Origin: an uncultured Acidobacteriota bacterium
GTDB lineage: Bacteria > Acidobacteriota > Thermoanaerobaculia > UBA5066
Length of the DNA stretch: 64,000 nucleotides
Direction of reading: 5' to 3'
Assembly: GCA_963801475.1 (NCBI GenBank)
Contig: CAWDEX010000001.1
Span: 2,118,271 to 2,182,270, forward strand
Below are positions 11,025 to 22,219 of the stretch, piece by piece (within the stretch, counting starts at the first letter, position 1; each line of letters begins with the position of its first letter). The position numbers were made by a program, and so were the translations under genes. The notes below the pieces were generated by a model. That model saw only the letters and a program-made list of their open reading frames with translations, was not told the DNA's origin and did no database searches.

Positions 11025-11111
11025 CAGCCGCCCGTTCCCATGAAAGCGGCGTGCCAGCGTCGCACCGCAAGGATAGAGGACCCGGCGCTGGCGCGCCGCC
11101 CCGCGACGACC

Positions 11112-11117
11112 TATACT
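11112..11117 (+). promoter_or_regulatory. candidate -10 element (TATACT) of a short leader upstream of rimP
   Basis: TATACT lies about 30 nt upstream of the intrinsic-terminator hairpin. The -35 element is weak. Confidence 0.3.
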
Positions 11118-11144
11118 CCGCGCTGGCTGGCTTTCAAGGACCTT

Positions 11145-11172
11145 GAAAGAGGGCTTCGGCCCTCTTTTTTTT
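11145..11172 (+). terminator. intrinsic terminator-like hairpin + T7-8 tract in rimP leader
   Basis: The sequence gaaAGAGGGCttcgGCCCTCTtttttttt is a perfect 7-9 bp stem followed by 7-8 T, in a 70% GC genome. It ends 26 nt before the rimP GTG. Confidence 0.6.
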
Positions 11173-11197
11173 CCTCCGGCCGGCCGCGAACAGGCTC

Positions 11198-11665
11198 GTG
11201 GAGAACGTGAACCCGCTTCCGGGCGAGGCCGTCGAGGCCCTCCGGGGTGCCCTCTCGGCGCTCGGGCTCGAGCTCTGTCATCTCGACTGGAAACGGGGGC
11301 GGCGCAGCACGCTCCTCCTTTATATCGACAGGCCGACCGGCGTCACCGTCGATGACTGCGAGAGGGCGTCACGCGCGGCCTCTTCGGTTCTCGATCCCCT
11401 GGAGGACCGCCTTCCGAGCTACGTGCTCGAAGTCTCCTCTCCGGGGCTCGACCGGCTGCTCTGGACGCCGGCGGACTGCGAGCGGTTTTCGGGGCGCCGG
11501 GTCGACGTGAAGTTGCACCGGCCCGTGGAAGGAACCTCGCGCGTGAGAGGTCTCCTGGAGGCGGCTTCGGGAGACCGCCTGACGATCCTTGATGAGGACC
11601 GGAAGCGCCGGTACACTATCCAGTTTGGCGACGTGAAGTCAGCGCGCCTCGTGCCGGAGTTCTAG
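11198..11665 (+). CDS. rimP: ribosome maturation factor RimP
   Basis: The 155-aa protein has the RimP fold. It is the first gene of the rimP-nusA-infB arrangement and uses a GTG start. Confidence 0.85.
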   Translation: MENVNPLPGEAVEALRGALSALGLELCHLDWKRGRRSTLLLYIDRPTGVTVDDCERASRAASSVLDPLEDRLPSYVLEVSSPGLDRLLWTPADCERFSGRRVDVKLHRPVEGTSRVRGLLEAASGDRLTILDEDRKRRYTIQFGDVKSARLVPEF

Positions 11666-11727
11666 GGAATCCGGGCGAGGCCGAATCGATCCAGGACGGA
11701 ACACTTAACACCGGAGAGACCAGCGAC

Positions 11728-13548
11728 ATGGATTCGACCCAGGCTCCGACGAAGGGCGACGCGCCGGGCGGCAAGGCCGCGCGCGGCAAGGGCGCCCGTG
11801 CGCCGAAGGGGGGCAAGGCGGCGAAGGCCGGCCGGCCCGCCAAGGCGGTCAAGGCGGCCAAAGCTCCCCCGACCACCAAAGCGGACGAGATCATCGAGGC
11901 GCTCCGGGCCGCGTCCCGGGACAAGGACATCGGCTTCGAACGGCTCGTGGCCGCCCTCGAAGAGGCCATCGCGACCGCGGCGCGCAAGGTCTACAAGGTG
12001 CGCGAGATGGCGGCCCGGTTCGACGCGAAGACCGGGACGCTGACGGCCTGGACGCCGTACCGGATCGTGGAGCAGAAGACCAAGGTGGAGGTGCCGGCGG
12101 CACCCGCCGAGATCGATCCGGACGACATTCCGCTGGGACAGGTCGCGCTGGCGGCCCCGCCCCCGCCGCTCGAGGTGGAGCCCGAGAAGGAAATCCGCCT
12201 CCCCTGGATCGAGGTCCTGCCGGAGGAGGCGCACGCGCTCCTCGAGGGCGAGCTGGCCGGCCAGAGCTGGCAGGTCTTCCGGTACCCCGCCGGCGACGAG
12301 GGCCCCGAGGAGTTGATCGCTCCGGAACAGATGACGCTTGGCGACGAGATCCGCCTCTATCGCTCGACGGAAGGGCTCGGGCGCATCGCCGCCCAGAGCG
12401 CCAAGCAGGTTCTCTACCAGAAGGTCCGCGAGGCCGAGCGCGAGAACATCTACAACGAATACTCCCCGAAAGTGGGCGAGCTGATTACCGGAACCGTGAA
12501 ACGCTTCGAGCGCGGCGACATGATCGTCGACCTCGGGCGGACCGAAGCCGTCATCCCGCGCGAGCACCAGTCGCGCGCCGAGCGGTACACGCAGGGCGAG
12601 CGCGTCCGGGCGGTGCTCGCCGACGTCCACAAGAACCCCAAGGGCGCCCAGCTCGTCCTGTCGCGCACGGCGCCCGAGCTCCTGATGCAGCTGATGAAGA
12701 TGGAGGTCCCGGAGATCTACGACGAGACGGTCGTCATCCGGGGCTGCGTCCGCCAGCCCGGAGACCGCGCCAAGGTGGCCGTCTCCTCGCGCGAGCGCGA
12801 CGTCGACCCGGTCGGGGCGTGCGTCGGCATGCGCGGTGCCCGCGTCCAGGCCATCATGCGCGAGCTGCGCGGAGAGCGGATCGACATCATCCAGTACTCC
12901 GACGACCTCGTGACGTACGCGCAGAACGCTCTGGCGCCCGCGAAGATCACGCGGGTCTCCGTCATGCCGGGGGACGAAGACGAGGAGCCCGAGATCGGTC
13001 CCGAGGGCGAGCCGCTCGAGCCCCTTCCGACGCTCGAGTGCATCGTCGAGGAAGACCAGCTCTCGCTCGCCATCGGCAAGCGCGGGCAGAACGTCCGCCT
13101 CGCGGCGGCCCTCATCGGCGCGAAGATCGAGATCAAGAGCGAGCAGGCCGTCAAGGCGGAGGTCGCGGAGGCTCTCCAGCGAATGCTCCTTACCTCACAG
13201 CGCCGTGGCACGGCGCTGTCCGAGGTGCCCGGCGTCGACGAAGCCGCCGTCGCCGCGTTCACCGCGCAGGGCCTGGAAACCGTTGGCGACGTCCTCGAAG
13301 CCGCCAGCGGCGCCGACGAGGAGAAGGCCGCGGCCTGGGGCGCCGTCGCCCTCGAGCCCGAGGCGAAGGACGCCGTCCTCGAGGCGGCCCGCGAGTTCGA
13401 GGAGGCCCCGGCACCCGAACCCGAGCCCGAGCCCGACGAGGACGCCGCCCTCGATCTGGCCGACGAGGCCGAGGGAGAGCCCGAACAGAACGAAAACGGC
13501 GGAGACGCCGCGGAAGCCGCCCCCGTGGCGGAGACACCGGAGAAGTGA
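11728..13548 (+). CDS. nusA: transcription termination/antitermination factor NusA (with Lys/Ala-rich N-extension and acidic C-tail)
   Basis: The S1 domain and two KH domains are recognisable ([18 protein letters not shown]..., [19 protein letters not shown]). An N-terminal segment of about 55 aa is rich in Lys, Gly and Ala. Confidence 0.92.
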   Translation: MDSTQAPTKGDAPGGKAARGKGARAPKGGKAAKAGRPAKAVKAAKAPPTTKADEIIEALRAASRDKDIGFERLVAALEEAIATAARKVYKVREMAARFDAKTGTLTAWTPYRIVEQKTKVEVPAAPAEIDPDDIPLGQVALAAPPPPLEVEPEKEIRLPWIEVLPEEAHALLEGELAGQSWQVFRYPAGDEGPEELIAPEQMTLGDEIRLYRSTEGLGRIAAQSAKQVLYQKVREAERENIYNEYSPKVGELITGTVKRFERGDMIVDLGRTEAVIPREHQSRAERYTQGERVRAVLADVHKNPKGAQLVLSRTAPELLMQLMKMEVPEIYDETVVIRGCVRQPGDRAKVAVSSRERDVDPVGACVGMRGARVQAIMRELRGERIDIIQYSDDLVTYAQNALAPAKITRVSVMPGDEDEEPEIGPEGEPLEPLPTLECIVEEDQLSLAIGKRGQNVRLAAALIGAKIEIKSEQAVKAEVAEALQRMLLTSQRRGTALSEVPGVDEAAVAAFTAQGLETVGDVLEAASGADEEKAAAWGAVALEPEAKDAVLEAAREFEEAPAPEPEPEPDEDAALDLADEAEGEPEQNENGGDAAEAAPVAETPEK

Positions 13549-13553
13549 ACCCG

Positions 13554-16500
13554 ATGGCCGCCAAGTTCACCGTCGCCGAGCTCGCGAAAATGATGGGCAA
13601 GCCCGCGAAGGAGGTCCTCTTTCTCCTTCAGGGCATCGGCGTCGACGTCAAGAGCGTCGAATCCGTCATCGAGGGCTCGACGGCCCAGGCGATCCTCACC
13701 GGCAAGACGCAGGCCCCGAAGTCCCTCATCGTCCGCCAGACGATGGCCTCTCCGACCGCCACAGCGGTCGCGCCCAAGGTGAAGACGGAGCGTGCGGCGC
13801 TCAAGCGGATCAAGATCGTCGAGAAGCCGCCCGAGGCCGAAGGCGCTCCCGTCGAGCCAGAGGTCCCGTCCGCCGAGCCCGAAGCGGCCTCAGCGCCCGA
13901 GGTCATGGCGCCCACACCTCCGCCGCCTCCTCCCCCGCCGGCCCCGGCCCCGCCGGCCGTCACGCCGACTCCTGCGAGAACCGCGCAGCGGGTCGTCACG
14001 GCCACGGTCAGCGCGGGCGCCGAGAACGTTCCCGGTGCCGGGGCGACCGCGGTGCCTTCCTCGGTGACGGTCGCACCACGCCGTCCGGTGGCCGCGGCGC
14101 ATCGGACTGCCCCGGCGCGACCGGCGGCCGCGCCGGCCGCCCTCCCGAAGCCTCCGCCGCCCGCCGGAGCTCTGGGCCGGATTCTGAAGCGTCAGTCGGA
14201 GGCTCCCGTCCGTGCGGAAACGCAGGCGCCTCCGCCGCCGCCCCCACGCGGCGAGACGCCGTCGATCGAGGCCGCTCCTTCGATCGGCGTGCCGCCGGCC
14301 GTCCCCGCCCCGGCTCCTCCGGCGCCCGCCCGCGGCGCCGGCGGTCTCGGCCGCGCCGTCATCGCACCGCCGACACCCGCGACGCTCCGCCCCATCCGGG
14401 CCGCCGCCGCCGGCACGCCGGTGGCCCGCCCCGGACTTCCGCCGCGCCCCGGATTCCCCCCACGTCCAGGGATGCCCCTGCGCCCGGGGATGCCCCTGCG
14501 CCCGGGGATGGCGCCCCGACCCGGCATGCCGCTCCGGCCGGGCATGCCGACCCGCCCCGGCTTCGGCCGCCCGACCGGCCCCGGCGCGCCGCCCGTCGCC
14601 CTTCCCGAATCCACCGACAAGCGCCGGAAGGATGCGACGAAGACCGCCGTCAAGAAAGACGATGCCAAGAAGCAGCCCTCGAAGAAGCCCCGGACCAAGG
14701 AGGTCTCCGCCCTCGAGGAGGACGTCCGCGAGTACCTCGGCTCGTTCCAGCAGGACACGTACGAGGACATCCAGACGCCGCTCACCGACGAGGCGGCCGC
14801 CGCGGCGGCCGGAAAGCCCCTCTCGAAGTCGGCCCAGCGTCGCGCCGGGAAGAAGACGGTCGCGAGCGAGACCGGCGAGGTCGTCGAGACCCGGAAGGGA
14901 ACGCCCCAGGGCCCCGTCTTCCTCTCCGAGGGCGTGACGGTCAAGGAGCTCTCCGAGAAGATCGGCATCCTCGCGAAGGACCTGATGAAGGCGCTCCTCC
15001 AGCGCGGCATCCTCGCGACGATCAACCAGCCCATCGTGCCCGCGACCGCCGTCGAGGTCGCCCGCGAGTTCGGCGTCGAGGCGGCCGTCGTCTCCTTCGA
15101 GGAAGAGCTCGAGCTGGCGCGCCAGCAGACCCTCGCGGGCCCGGCCGGCGAGGCCGCCGCCCCCGAAGGCGCTCCCGCAGGCGCCCGCGTTCCGCGCCCC
15201 CCCGTCGTCACCGTCATGGGCCACGTCGACCACGGCAAGACGTCGCTCCTCGACGCCATCCGCTCCACGCGCGTCGCCGAGGGCGAGGCCGGCGGCATCA
15301 CGCAGCACATCGGCGCCTACCGCGTCGAGGCACGGGGCCGCTCGATCGTCTTCCTGGACACCCCGGGCCACGAGGCCTTCACGATGATGCGCGCCCGCGG
15401 CGCCAAGGCGACGGACATCGTCGTCCTCGTCGTGGCGGCCGACGACGGCGTCATGCCCCAGACGGTCGAGGCGATCGACCACGCCCGGGCGGCCAAGGTC
15501 CCGGTCGTCGTCGCGATCAACAAGATCGACAAGCCGGAGGCGAACCCGGGCCGCGTCAGGCAGGAGCTCGCGGACAAGGGCGTCATCGTCGAGGCCTTCG
15601 GCGGTCAGGTCGTCGCCTGCGAGATCTCCGCCAAGAAGCGGATCGGCATCGACCAGCTCCTCGAGATGATCCTCCTGCAGGCGGACCTCCTCGAGCTGAA
15701 GGGAATGCCCGAGGGACCGGCGCGGGGCGTCGTCCTCGAGGCGCGGCGCGAAGCCGGTCGCGGCACGCTGGCCACGATCCTCATCCAGCAGGGAACCCTG
15801 CGCGTCGGGGACGTCTTCTTCGCCGGAACTGCCGTCGGGCGCGTGCGCGCCATGCACGATGACCGCGGAGCGCGCGTCGAGGCGGCCGGGCCGGCCGTGC
15901 CCGTCGAGGTCATGGGCTTCGACGACATTCCGAACGCCGGCGATACGATCCAGGTCGTCGACGACGAGACGAAGGCGCGCCAGGTCTCGGGGTTCCGGCG
16001 CGAGAAGGAGCGCGAGGAAGCGCTCGCCAAGTCGTCCCGCATGTCGCTCGACTCGCTCTTCGCCCGGATGAAGCAGGGCGAGATGAAGGAGCTCCCGATC
16101 ATCCTGAAGGCCGACGTCGGCGGCTCCGAGGAGGTCCTCATCCAGACTCTCGGGAAGATCTCGACCGAGAAGGTCAAGGTCTCGATCCTCCACTCGGGAG
16201 TCGGCGCCATCTCGGTCAACGACGTCCTTCTCGCCTCCGCCTCCGAGGCGATCATCATCGGCTTCAACGTCAAGCCCGAGAAGAAGGCCCAGGAGCTGGC
16301 GGACAAGGAGGGGATCGACATCCGCCTCTACTCCGTCATCTACAACCTGACCGACGAGATCAAGAAAGCCATGACGGGCCTCCTCGAAGCCGTCAAGAAG
16401 GAGGTCGTGCGCGGCCACGCCGAAGTCCGCGAGACCTTCAAGGTCCCGAAGATCGGTACCGTCGCCGGCTGCATGGTCGTGGACGGAATGATCCCGCGGT

Positions 16501-16700
16501 CGGCTTCCGTCCGGCTCGTCCGCGACAACCGCGTCATCTACGAGGGGAAGATCGGGTCGCTCCGGCGCTTCAAGGACGACGCGTCCGAGGTGAAGCAGGG
16601 CTTCGAGTGCGGCATCGGCATCGCGGGGTACCAGGACGTGAAGGTCGGAGACGTCCTGGAGGCCTTCGTCGTCGAGGAAGTCGCCGCCTCGCTGACTTGA
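13554..16700 (+). CDS. infB: translation initiation factor IF-2
   Basis: The G-domain motifs are present ([24 protein letters not shown]) and the C-terminal domains are conserved. The N-terminus is long and Pro-rich. The start was chosen at the ATG at 13554 ([12 protein letters not shown]). Confidence 0.93.
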   Translation: MAAKFTVAELAKMMGKPAKEVLFLLQGIGVDVKSVESVIEGSTAQAILTGKTQAPKSLIVRQTMASPTATAVAPKVKTERAALKRIKIVEKPPEAEGAPVEPEVPSAEPEAASAPEVMAPTPPPPPPPPAPAPPAVTPTPARTAQRVVTATVSAGAENVPGAGATAVPSSVTVAPRRPVAAAHRTAPARPAAAPAALPKPPPPAGALGRILKRQSEAPVRAETQAPPPPPPRGETPSIEAAPSIGVPPAVPAPAPPAPARGAGGLGRAVIAPPTPATLRPIRAAAAGTPVARPGLPPRPGFPPRPGMPLRPGMPLRPGMAPRPGMPLRPGMPTRPGFGRPTGPGAPPVALPESTDKRRKDATKTAVKKDDAKKQPSKKPRTKEVSALEEDVREYLGSFQQDTYEDIQTPLTDEAAAAAAGKPLSKSAQRRAGKKTVASETGEVVETRKGTPQGPVFLSEGVTVKELSEKIGILAKDLMKALLQRGILATINQPIVPATAVEVAREFGVEAAVVSFEEELELARQQTLAGPAGEAAAPEGAPAGARVPRPPVVTVMGHVDHGKTSLLDAIRSTRVAEGEAGGITQHIGAYRVEARGRSIVFLDTPGHEAFTMMRARGAKATDIVVLVVAADDGVMPQTVEAIDHARAAKVPVVVAINKIDKPEANPGRVRQELADKGVIVEAFGGQVVACEISAKKRIGIDQLLEMILLQADLLELKGMPEGPARGVVLEARREAGRGTLATILIQQGTLRVGDVFFAGTAVGRVRAMHDDRGARVEAAGPAVPVEVMGFDDIPNAGDTIQVVDDETKARQVSGFRREKEREEALAKSSRMSLDSLFARMKQGEMKELPIILKADVGGSEEVLIQTLGKISTEKVKVSILHSGVGAISVNDVLLASASEAIIIGFNVKPEKKAQELADKEGIDIRLYSVIYNLTDEIKKAMTGLLEAVKKEVVRGHAEVRETFKVPKIGTVAGCMVVDGMIPRSASVRLVRDNRVIYEGKIGSLRRFKDDASEVKQGFECGIGIAGYQDVKVGDVLEAFVVEEVAASLT
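14440..14570 (+). repeat. imperfect 18-nt tandem repeat (~7 units) encoding (R-P-G-M-P-L)n in the IF2 N-terminal linker
   Basis: The nucleotide units are cgcccggggatgcccctg and the protein reads [36 protein letters not shown]. Confidence 0.8.
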
Positions 16701-16785
16701 GTGAATCAGGGGAACCCGGTCTTCGGGTTCCCCTAAGACCTCTCCGCGCGAACCGCCAACCCATACCCGAGCGAACTTCTGACTC

Positions 16786-17142
16786 ATGGTCGTTGCCATC
16801 GCCGTCTTCGACATCCACCTCCCGCACTGCCGCGGGCTGAAGGAAAAGCGGGCCTTTCTCCGCCCGCTGAAGTCGAAGCTCCGCGGCGATTTCGAGATCT
16901 CTGCGGCGGAGGTCGCGCACCAGGATCTTCTCCAGCGTGCGGTCCTCGGGATCGCGGCCGTCGGACCCGACCGAACGGCCCTCGAGCCGCTCCTCGCGAA
17001 GGTCGCCGGCTTCGTCGAGGGCTACGCCGAGGAGTCCGGGGCGGAGATCGCCTCGGCGCGGCGGGAGTTCCTCTCCTACGGCGACGTCGCGGCGCCCGGC
17101 AGCGGGTTCGGCGCGGACGAGGGAGGCGACGATGAACGCTAG
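16786..17142 (+). CDS. DUF503 family protein (YlxP-like) between infB and rbfA
   Basis: The 118-aa protein begins MVVAIAVFDIHLPHCRGLKEKRAFLRPLKSKL. Its position between infB and rbfA is the conserved context for this family. Confidence 0.75.
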   Translation: MVVAIAVFDIHLPHCRGLKEKRAFLRPLKSKLRGDFEISAAEVAHQDLLQRAVLGIAAVGPDRTALEPLLAKVAGFVEGYAEESGAEIASARREFLSYGDVAAPGSGFGADEGGDDER

Positions 17143-17509
17143 GGCGAAAGGGGGCGGCGGCCGCCGTCCCCGCCAGGTGGGAGACGTGATCCGCGCGGAG
17201 CTGGCGCGGCTGCTCCGCGAGGAGCTGCGGGACCCTGCGATCGGCTTCGCGACGATCACCGACGTCGAGATGGCGGCCGACCTTCGCTCGGCCAAGGTAT
17301 TCGTCTCGGTCTTCGGAGACGCCGAAGCGTTCCGGACGACCGTGACCGCGCTGAATCACGCACGGGGCCTCCTCCGGTCGCTCGTCGGACGGAACTGCGG
17401 CCTTCGATACGCCCCGGACCTCCATTTCGTCGAGGACCACACGATCGAGCGCGGCGCCCGCATCAACGAGCTCCTCCGGAAGCTGCCGGACGGCGGCGAG
17501 ACACCGTGA
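17132..17509 (+). CDS. rbfA: ribosome-binding factor A
   Basis: The protein begins MNARAKGGGGRRPRQVGDVIRAELARLLREELRDP... and has the RbfA KH-like fold. The start was chosen at the internal ATG at 17132. Confidence 0.85.
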   Translation: MNARAKGGGGRRPRQVGDVIRAELARLLREELRDPAIGFATITDVEMAADLRSAKVFVSVFGDAEAFRTTVTALNHARGLLRSLVGRNCGLRYAPDLHFVEDHTIERGARINELLRKLPDGGETP

Positions 17510-18504
17510 CGGAGCCGCTCGACGCCTCCTACCGCGCCGTCGCAGGGCTTCTCGAAGGCGGCCGGCGCTTCCTGGTCACCGGGCACCGGAACCCGGACGG
17601 CGACGCGCTGGGCTCCGCCCTCGGGCTCGCTCTCGCGCTCGAGGCGCGCGGCAAGGAGGCCCGGGTCGTCATGCGGGACGGGTGGTCGGCCGCCTACGCC
17701 GGGATGCCCGCCATCGAACGGGTCGCTGTGGCCGACGCGCTTCCGCCGGACTGGCCGGCGGGGTGGGACGCGCTGATCGCCATGGAGTGCCCCTCCGCCG
17801 ACCGGACCGGCTGGACGAACCAGGGGGAAGGTCGCGTGGCGAACGTGGACCACCACCCCGGGAACACCTTGTGGGGCACCGTGAATCTCGTCGACCTCCC
17901 GGCGTCCGCCGTCGGCGAGATCGTCGCCGACCTGCTCGACCTGCTCGGCTGGCCGCTGACGCCGGAGATCGCGACGAACCTGTGGGTCTCGCTCGTCTCG
18001 GACACGGGGTCGTTCCGCTACGGAAACACGACGCCGAAAGCGCTCGCCCTCGGCGCCCGCCTCGTCGCGGCCGGCGCCTCGCCGTCAGCCGTGAACGAGT
18101 TCCTCTTCGAGGCGCAGCCGCTCTCCACGCTCCGCCTCGAAGCGCTCGTCCTCGGGACGCTCGCTCTCCACGCGGGCGGTCGCGTCGCGACCGTCGAGCT
18201 GCCGAAACGCTTCCTCTCGGAGAGCGGCGCACGGGACGAGGACACCGAGGGGCTCGTGAACCGCGCCCGCAGCATCGACGGTGTCCTCGCGGCCGCGCTC
18301 ATCCGCGAGGGGGACGGCGGCGAGATCCGCTGCTCCCTCCGCTCGAAGGGACGCGTCGACGTCCGCGCCGTCGCCGCAAGGCACGGGGGCGGCGGTCACC
18401 GGAACGCCGCCGGCTGCCGTCTCGCCGGGACGATCGACTCCGTCCGGCCGCTTCTCGTCGCCGACCTCGCCGCCGCCGTGGCAGCCCCGGAGGCCGCTCC
18501 GTGA
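17506..18504 (+). CDS. nrnA: DHH-family phosphoesterase NrnA (oligoribonuclease/pAp phosphatase)
   Basis: DHH motifs are present (GHRNPDGDALGS, DHH) and there is a DHHA1-like C-terminus. It occupies the expected position between rbfA and truB. Confidence 0.8.
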   Translation: MTEPLDASYRAVAGLLEGGRRFLVTGHRNPDGDALGSALGLALALEARGKEARVVMRDGWSAAYAGMPAIERVAVADALPPDWPAGWDALIAMECPSADRTGWTNQGEGRVANVDHHPGNTLWGTVNLVDLPASAVGEIVADLLDLLGWPLTPEIATNLWVSLVSDTGSFRYGNTTPKALALGARLVAAGASPSAVNEFLFEAQPLSTLRLEALVLGTLALHAGGRVATVELPKRFLSESGARDEDTEGLVNRARSIDGVLAAALIREGDGGEIRCSLRSKGRVDVRAVAARHGGGGHRNAAGCRLAGTIDSVRPLLVADLAAAVAAPEAAP

Positions 18505-19430
18505 AGGGCGCGGCCGCGGACGGGCCGGCGGGCCTCCTCCTCGTCGACAAGCCGGAGAAGCTGACCTCGCACGACGTCGTGGACGAGGGCCGCCGGCTGC
18601 TCGATCTGCGCCGCATCGGCCACACCGGGACGCTCGACCCGGCGGCGACCGGTCTTCTGGTCCTTTGCGTCGGGCGCGCCGTCCGGCTGCAGTCCTTTCT
18701 GACCGGGTTCGACAAGACGTACGAGGGCGAGATGCTCTTCGGCGTCGAGACGGACACCTATGACCGTGACGGAACTCCTGTCGGACCCCCGCACCCCGCC
18801 CCCGACCCCGACCCCGCGCGGCTCCGCGAGGAGGCGGCGCGGTTCACGGGAGAGTTCCTGCAGACGCCGCCGCCCTTCTCGGCGAAAAAGGTCGCGGGGC
18901 GGAAGTTCTACGACCTCGCCCGTCGGGGCGAGGCCGTGCCGCACGCCCCGAAGAGCGTGAAGGTCTCGGCCCTCGAGATCCTGGAGGTCCGTGGCCCTCG
19001 GGCGACGTTCCGGGTCTCCTGCTCCTCGGGAACCTACGTCCGTTCGCTGGTCCACGACATCGGCAAGGGCCTCGGCCCGGGCGCCCACCTCGTGGCGCTC
19101 CGGCGGACCGCCGTCGGCCCGTTCCGGCTCGAAGACGCCATCACGCTGGCGGGACTCGACGCGATTCCCGCCGGCGAGCGACTGATCCGCCCGCACTGGA
19201 TTCCCCTCGCCGGCATTCCGCTCCCGTACCCGAGCGTCCCGGTCGGGGCCGCGGAGGCGACGAAGGTCCGGCATGGAAACGCCGTCCCCGTCAGGCTCCC
19301 CGCCGGGGCGGCGGGCACCGGCTGGATCCGCCTCGAAGCCGGCGGCGAACTGATCGCCCTGGCGGAGCTCGAGCCGCTGGGAAGGGGGGCCGTCGCCCTG
19401 GCGCGTCCGAAGATCGTGCTCTCGGAGTGA
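18501..19430 (+). CDS. truB: tRNA pseudouridine(55) synthase TruB
   Basis: The protein begins GLLLVDKPEKLTSHDVVDEGRRLLDLRRIGHTGTLDPAATGLLVLCVG, which contains the catalytic Asp motif. A PUA-like C-terminus follows. Confidence 0.9.
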   Translation: MKGAAADGPAGLLLVDKPEKLTSHDVVDEGRRLLDLRRIGHTGTLDPAATGLLVLCVGRAVRLQSFLTGFDKTYEGEMLFGVETDTYDRDGTPVGPPHPAPDPDPARLREEAARFTGEFLQTPPPFSAKKVAGRKFYDLARRGEAVPHAPKSVKVSALEILEVRGPRATFRVSCSSGTYVRSLVHDIGKGLGPGAHLVALRRTAVGPFRLEDAITLAGLDAIPAGERLIRPHWIPLAGIPLPYPSVPVGAAEATKVRHGNAVPVRLPAGAAGTGWIRLEAGGELIALAELEPLGRGAVALARPKIVLSE

Positions 19431-19464
19431 GGCTGCCGCCGTAAAGCCCTGCGGTGCAGGAGGT

Positions 19465-19493
19465 TTGACCTTTCGAACCGGGCAGGTTAGAGT
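19465..19493 (+). promoter_or_regulatory. candidate sigma70-type promoter for rpsO (TTGACC-N17-TAGAGT)
   Basis: The -35 element TTGACC is at 19465-19470 and the -10 element TAGAGT at 19488-19493, with a 17-nt spacer. The pair lies about 40 nt upstream of the rpsO start. Confidence 0.5.
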
Positions 19494-19531
19494 TCGCCGT
19501 TCGAAAGTAGAGAAGAAGGGACAAGAAGACA

Positions 19532-19801
19532 TTGGCCCACCCCAGGACGAACAAGGCGGAAACGATCAAGTCGTACAAGCGGCACGAGGCCGACACCGGC
19601 TCCCCCGAGGTCCAGGTCGCTCTCCTCTCCCGGCGGATCACCGAGCTGACCGAGCACTTCAAGTCGCACGCGAAAGACCACCATTCGCGTCGGGGGCTGC
19701 TGCAGATGGTCGGCCGGCGGCGCCGGCTTCTCGACTACCTGAAGAAGCGCGACGTGGAGCGCTACCAGGTCCTGATCGAGTCGCTCGGGCTGCGCAAGTA
19801 G
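19532..19801 (+). CDS. rpsO: 30S ribosomal protein S15
   Basis: The protein is 89 aa and reads ...[50 protein letters not shown]. It apparently uses a TTG start. Confidence 0.93.
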   Translation: MAHPRTNKAETIKSYKRHEADTGSPEVQVALLSRRITELTEHFKSHAKDHHSRRGLLQMVGRRRRLLDYLKKRDVERYQVLIESLGLRK

Positions 19802-19906
19802 CCCCCCGCCTTCCCCTCATCCCGGCGCCCTCCGAACCCCCGTCCCTCAGGGGCTGATGGCGCACGCCGGGCTCGTCCTCAGGGCCTCCGCAGGAAAGGA
19901 ACCGAC

Positions 19907-22201
<2,295 letters not shown>

Positions 22202-22219
22202 CCGGACCGCCGCAAACGT

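Noticed and set aside
11025-11140. Searched for tRNA-fMet (metY) upstream of rimP, as in E. coli
   Set aside because: No cloverleaf-compatible sequence or conserved tRNA boxes were found. Only the promoter-like and terminator elements reported above are present.
13890-16814. A 974-aa minus-strand ORF antisense to infB
   Set aside because: Its composition is low-complexity and Arg/Gly/Asp-rich, typical of the opposite strand in 70% GC DNA. It fully overlaps the strongly conserved infB. No domain signature is present.
19802-19906. The rpsO-pnp intergenic region, examined for an E. coli-like RNase III hairpin or terminator
   Set aside because: Only short, imperfect stems were found (ccctcaggg and similar). 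They are not convincing enough to call.
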